A DNA stretch of 64,000 nucleotides from Blastocladiella emersonii ATCC 22665 (taxonomy: Eukaryota; Fungi; Blastocladiomycota). Numbering within the stretch: position 1 is the first letter of the stretch; each line of letters begins with the position of its first letter. The position numbers and the translations under genes were made by a program. The stretch covers positions 1-64,000 of the forward strand of contig JANHCV010000001.1 in NCBI GenBank assembly GCA_025594325.1, read 5' to 3'. This document shows positions 62,520 through 64,000 of the stretch, one piece after another. Under the pieces are notes generated by a model. It worked only from the letters and a program-made list of their open reading frames with translations, did no database searches and had not been told where the DNA came from.

Positions 62520-63741
62520 AACAGCAAGAGAAGCAAAGGATGACAAGAAAGAAAACCATGAGTGAGTTACAAACAACCAGAGAATGGAAATGGAAATGCG
62601 AAGAAGATGAAGAAAAAAGAAAATGAAGGGAGAGGGAGAGAGAGAAAAATAGAAAAAGCTAGTCTTGGATGCTTAAATGTTAGGGAAATGTAAAAGGAGA
62701 AGCCCTCGCGGACCCCGCACTGCTGCTGCAATCCGAACCACTGGGACAGGTGTGAACTCTGCACCCCCAGTCAGCATCATGCACACAGGCCAGGCAGGTC
62801 ATCATCAACTTTGTCCGCTCCACTCACTCACCACACACTGTCTGTGCATTTGACCCAAGCAAAGGCCTTGGGTGAGCCACTCACTCAACCTTCCACATAA
62901 CTGACTGTCCTTGTGGTGTTGCTATTCACACAACATACCCAAGCATGCAAAGTGCCCAACGTGATGAACGTGCCCAATGCGCCAACGCACTGTTTTCTCT
63001 TACACTCTCTTCCCTTCCTCACTCCCACGCCCACACTGCCCACACTGCCCACACTGCCCCCACATTGTCAATCTGAAGCCCCGCCCCCCTGGTGCATGCA
63101 TTACACGTCATGTGGCACAGGTGTACAACAATTGGCCCCTGACAACGTTCCAGTGGATGGTGCGTGATTGAAACGCACGTCACTGCCATAGAGGAGGACA
63201 TGACAGTGGGCGCCTGCTGGCACTATAGCAGCTGCCCCCTCTCCCTGCCAACCAACCCACTCTCATGTTCCTGTCATGGGATGGATGCACCAATGCAGGC
63301 CATTGTGAATGGCCTGCCTGGTGGTTGGTTTACATGAGCTGAGAATGGGGCCTCATTGGGCAAGCATGGGTTAGGGCTGCCTCAAGAGGTGGCGGCTCTT
63401 CTCAATTGGACAAGACATGGGGTTTGATTTGGCCATGCGCTGTCCAATGCAGACAAAACAAAGGCCCCCTGCATACCCTGCATATCTGCAGATATTGCAT
63501 GCGTTAGGTGTTTTGCTTGAAGAAGGTGTTGCTGCTGCCTGTCCCCACCACCACCCCCTTCTGGCTTGTAGGATGCTGCTGGTTCCTAGCTTTGATGTTG
63601 TTTCTTTCTTTGTCTTTGTCTTTTTCTTTTTCTTTTTCTTTGTCTTTCTTTGTCTCTTATTTCTCTTTATATTTCAATTGTTGGGCCCCTCCCACAAGTG
63701 ATCAAAGTAAACGTTGCACAACAGTTGGCGCTAGGATCTGC

Positions 63742-63813
63742 AGCGTCTTGGCGCAGAGGAAGCGCGCAGGGCTCATAACCCTGAGGTCGTAGGATCGAAA
63801 CCTACAGACGCTA
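63742..63813 (+). tRNA. tRNA-iMet(CAU): tRNA-iMet(CAU), unit 9
   Basis: Copy of 4785-4856. Confidence 0.96.
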
Positions 63814-64000
63814 GCTGTTGCAACTCTCCTTTTGCTTTTGCGTCGCTCCGCCGCCATTTTGTAGCAGGGAGGGAAGGAGGGGGGGGGGTAGGCTGCAAGC
63901 GCTTGGTTGGGCAGGCAGACGTGCAAGACTTGGCCAATCCAAGATGCGTTCATGGTGAGCAAAGTAAGCCAACTGATCCTCTCTCATTCCCTTGGGGGGT

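Larger units (their letters stand above)
1..64000. repeat. Tandem tRNA-gene macrosatellite, ~7.37-kb unit, 8 full + 1 partial copies, continuing beyond both window ends
   Basis: The sequence at position 1 (cggcacgggggatgagcagg...) recurs at 7379, 14750, 22121, 29493, 36879, 44243, 51599 and 58969. The ORF track repeats with the same offsets. Confidence 0.99.
58969..64000. repeat. Array unit 9 (partial)
   Basis: Copy truncated by the window end, after iMet and before His. Confidence 0.97.

Noticed and set aside
207-63962. All listed ORFs (60-183 aa) as protein-coding genes
   Set aside because: They are translations of STRs or of tRNA genes (e.g. LPACL, HTTPH, YIYI, RCRGAEVQ), overlap in several frames, have no recognisable domain, and are frameshifted between units by homopolymer changes.
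1-64000. CRISPR array, transposon or retroelement
   Set aside because: There is no repeat-spacer structure with unique spacers, no TIR/LTR/TSD, and no transposase or RT ORF; the context is eukaryotic.

Overview
The whole window is a head-to-tail tandem array of a ~7.37-kb unit: 8 complete copies (7,356-7,386 bp) plus a partial ninth, running off both window edges. Each unit carries seven intact, intronless eukaryotic (Pol III-type) tRNA genes: Trp(CCA)-, Val(CAC)-, Ser(CGA)+, Gln(CUG)-, iMet(CAU)+, His(GUG)- and Pro(CGG)-. That gives 61 tRNA genes in the window, each followed by an oligo-T terminator. Six of the seven anticodons have C34. The spacers are packed with STRs (mostly 4/5/8-mers), several G4-forming. 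Spacers are strongly CpG-depleted while the tRNA neighbourhoods are CpG-rich. No credible protein-coding gene is present; the ORF track consists of translations of STRs and tRNA genes, repeated per unit. iMet with A1:U72 and the A54/A60 T-loop, and His without a genomic G-1, show a eukaryotic nuclear origin. From memory the tRNAs look fungal/opisthokont-like (inference). SNP and STR variants fall in blocks across the units, indicating ongoing unequal crossover. Secondary candidates per unit: a tRNA-Sec-like relic, an intron-like segment followed by AATAAA, and a hairpin-rich ~300-nt segment.
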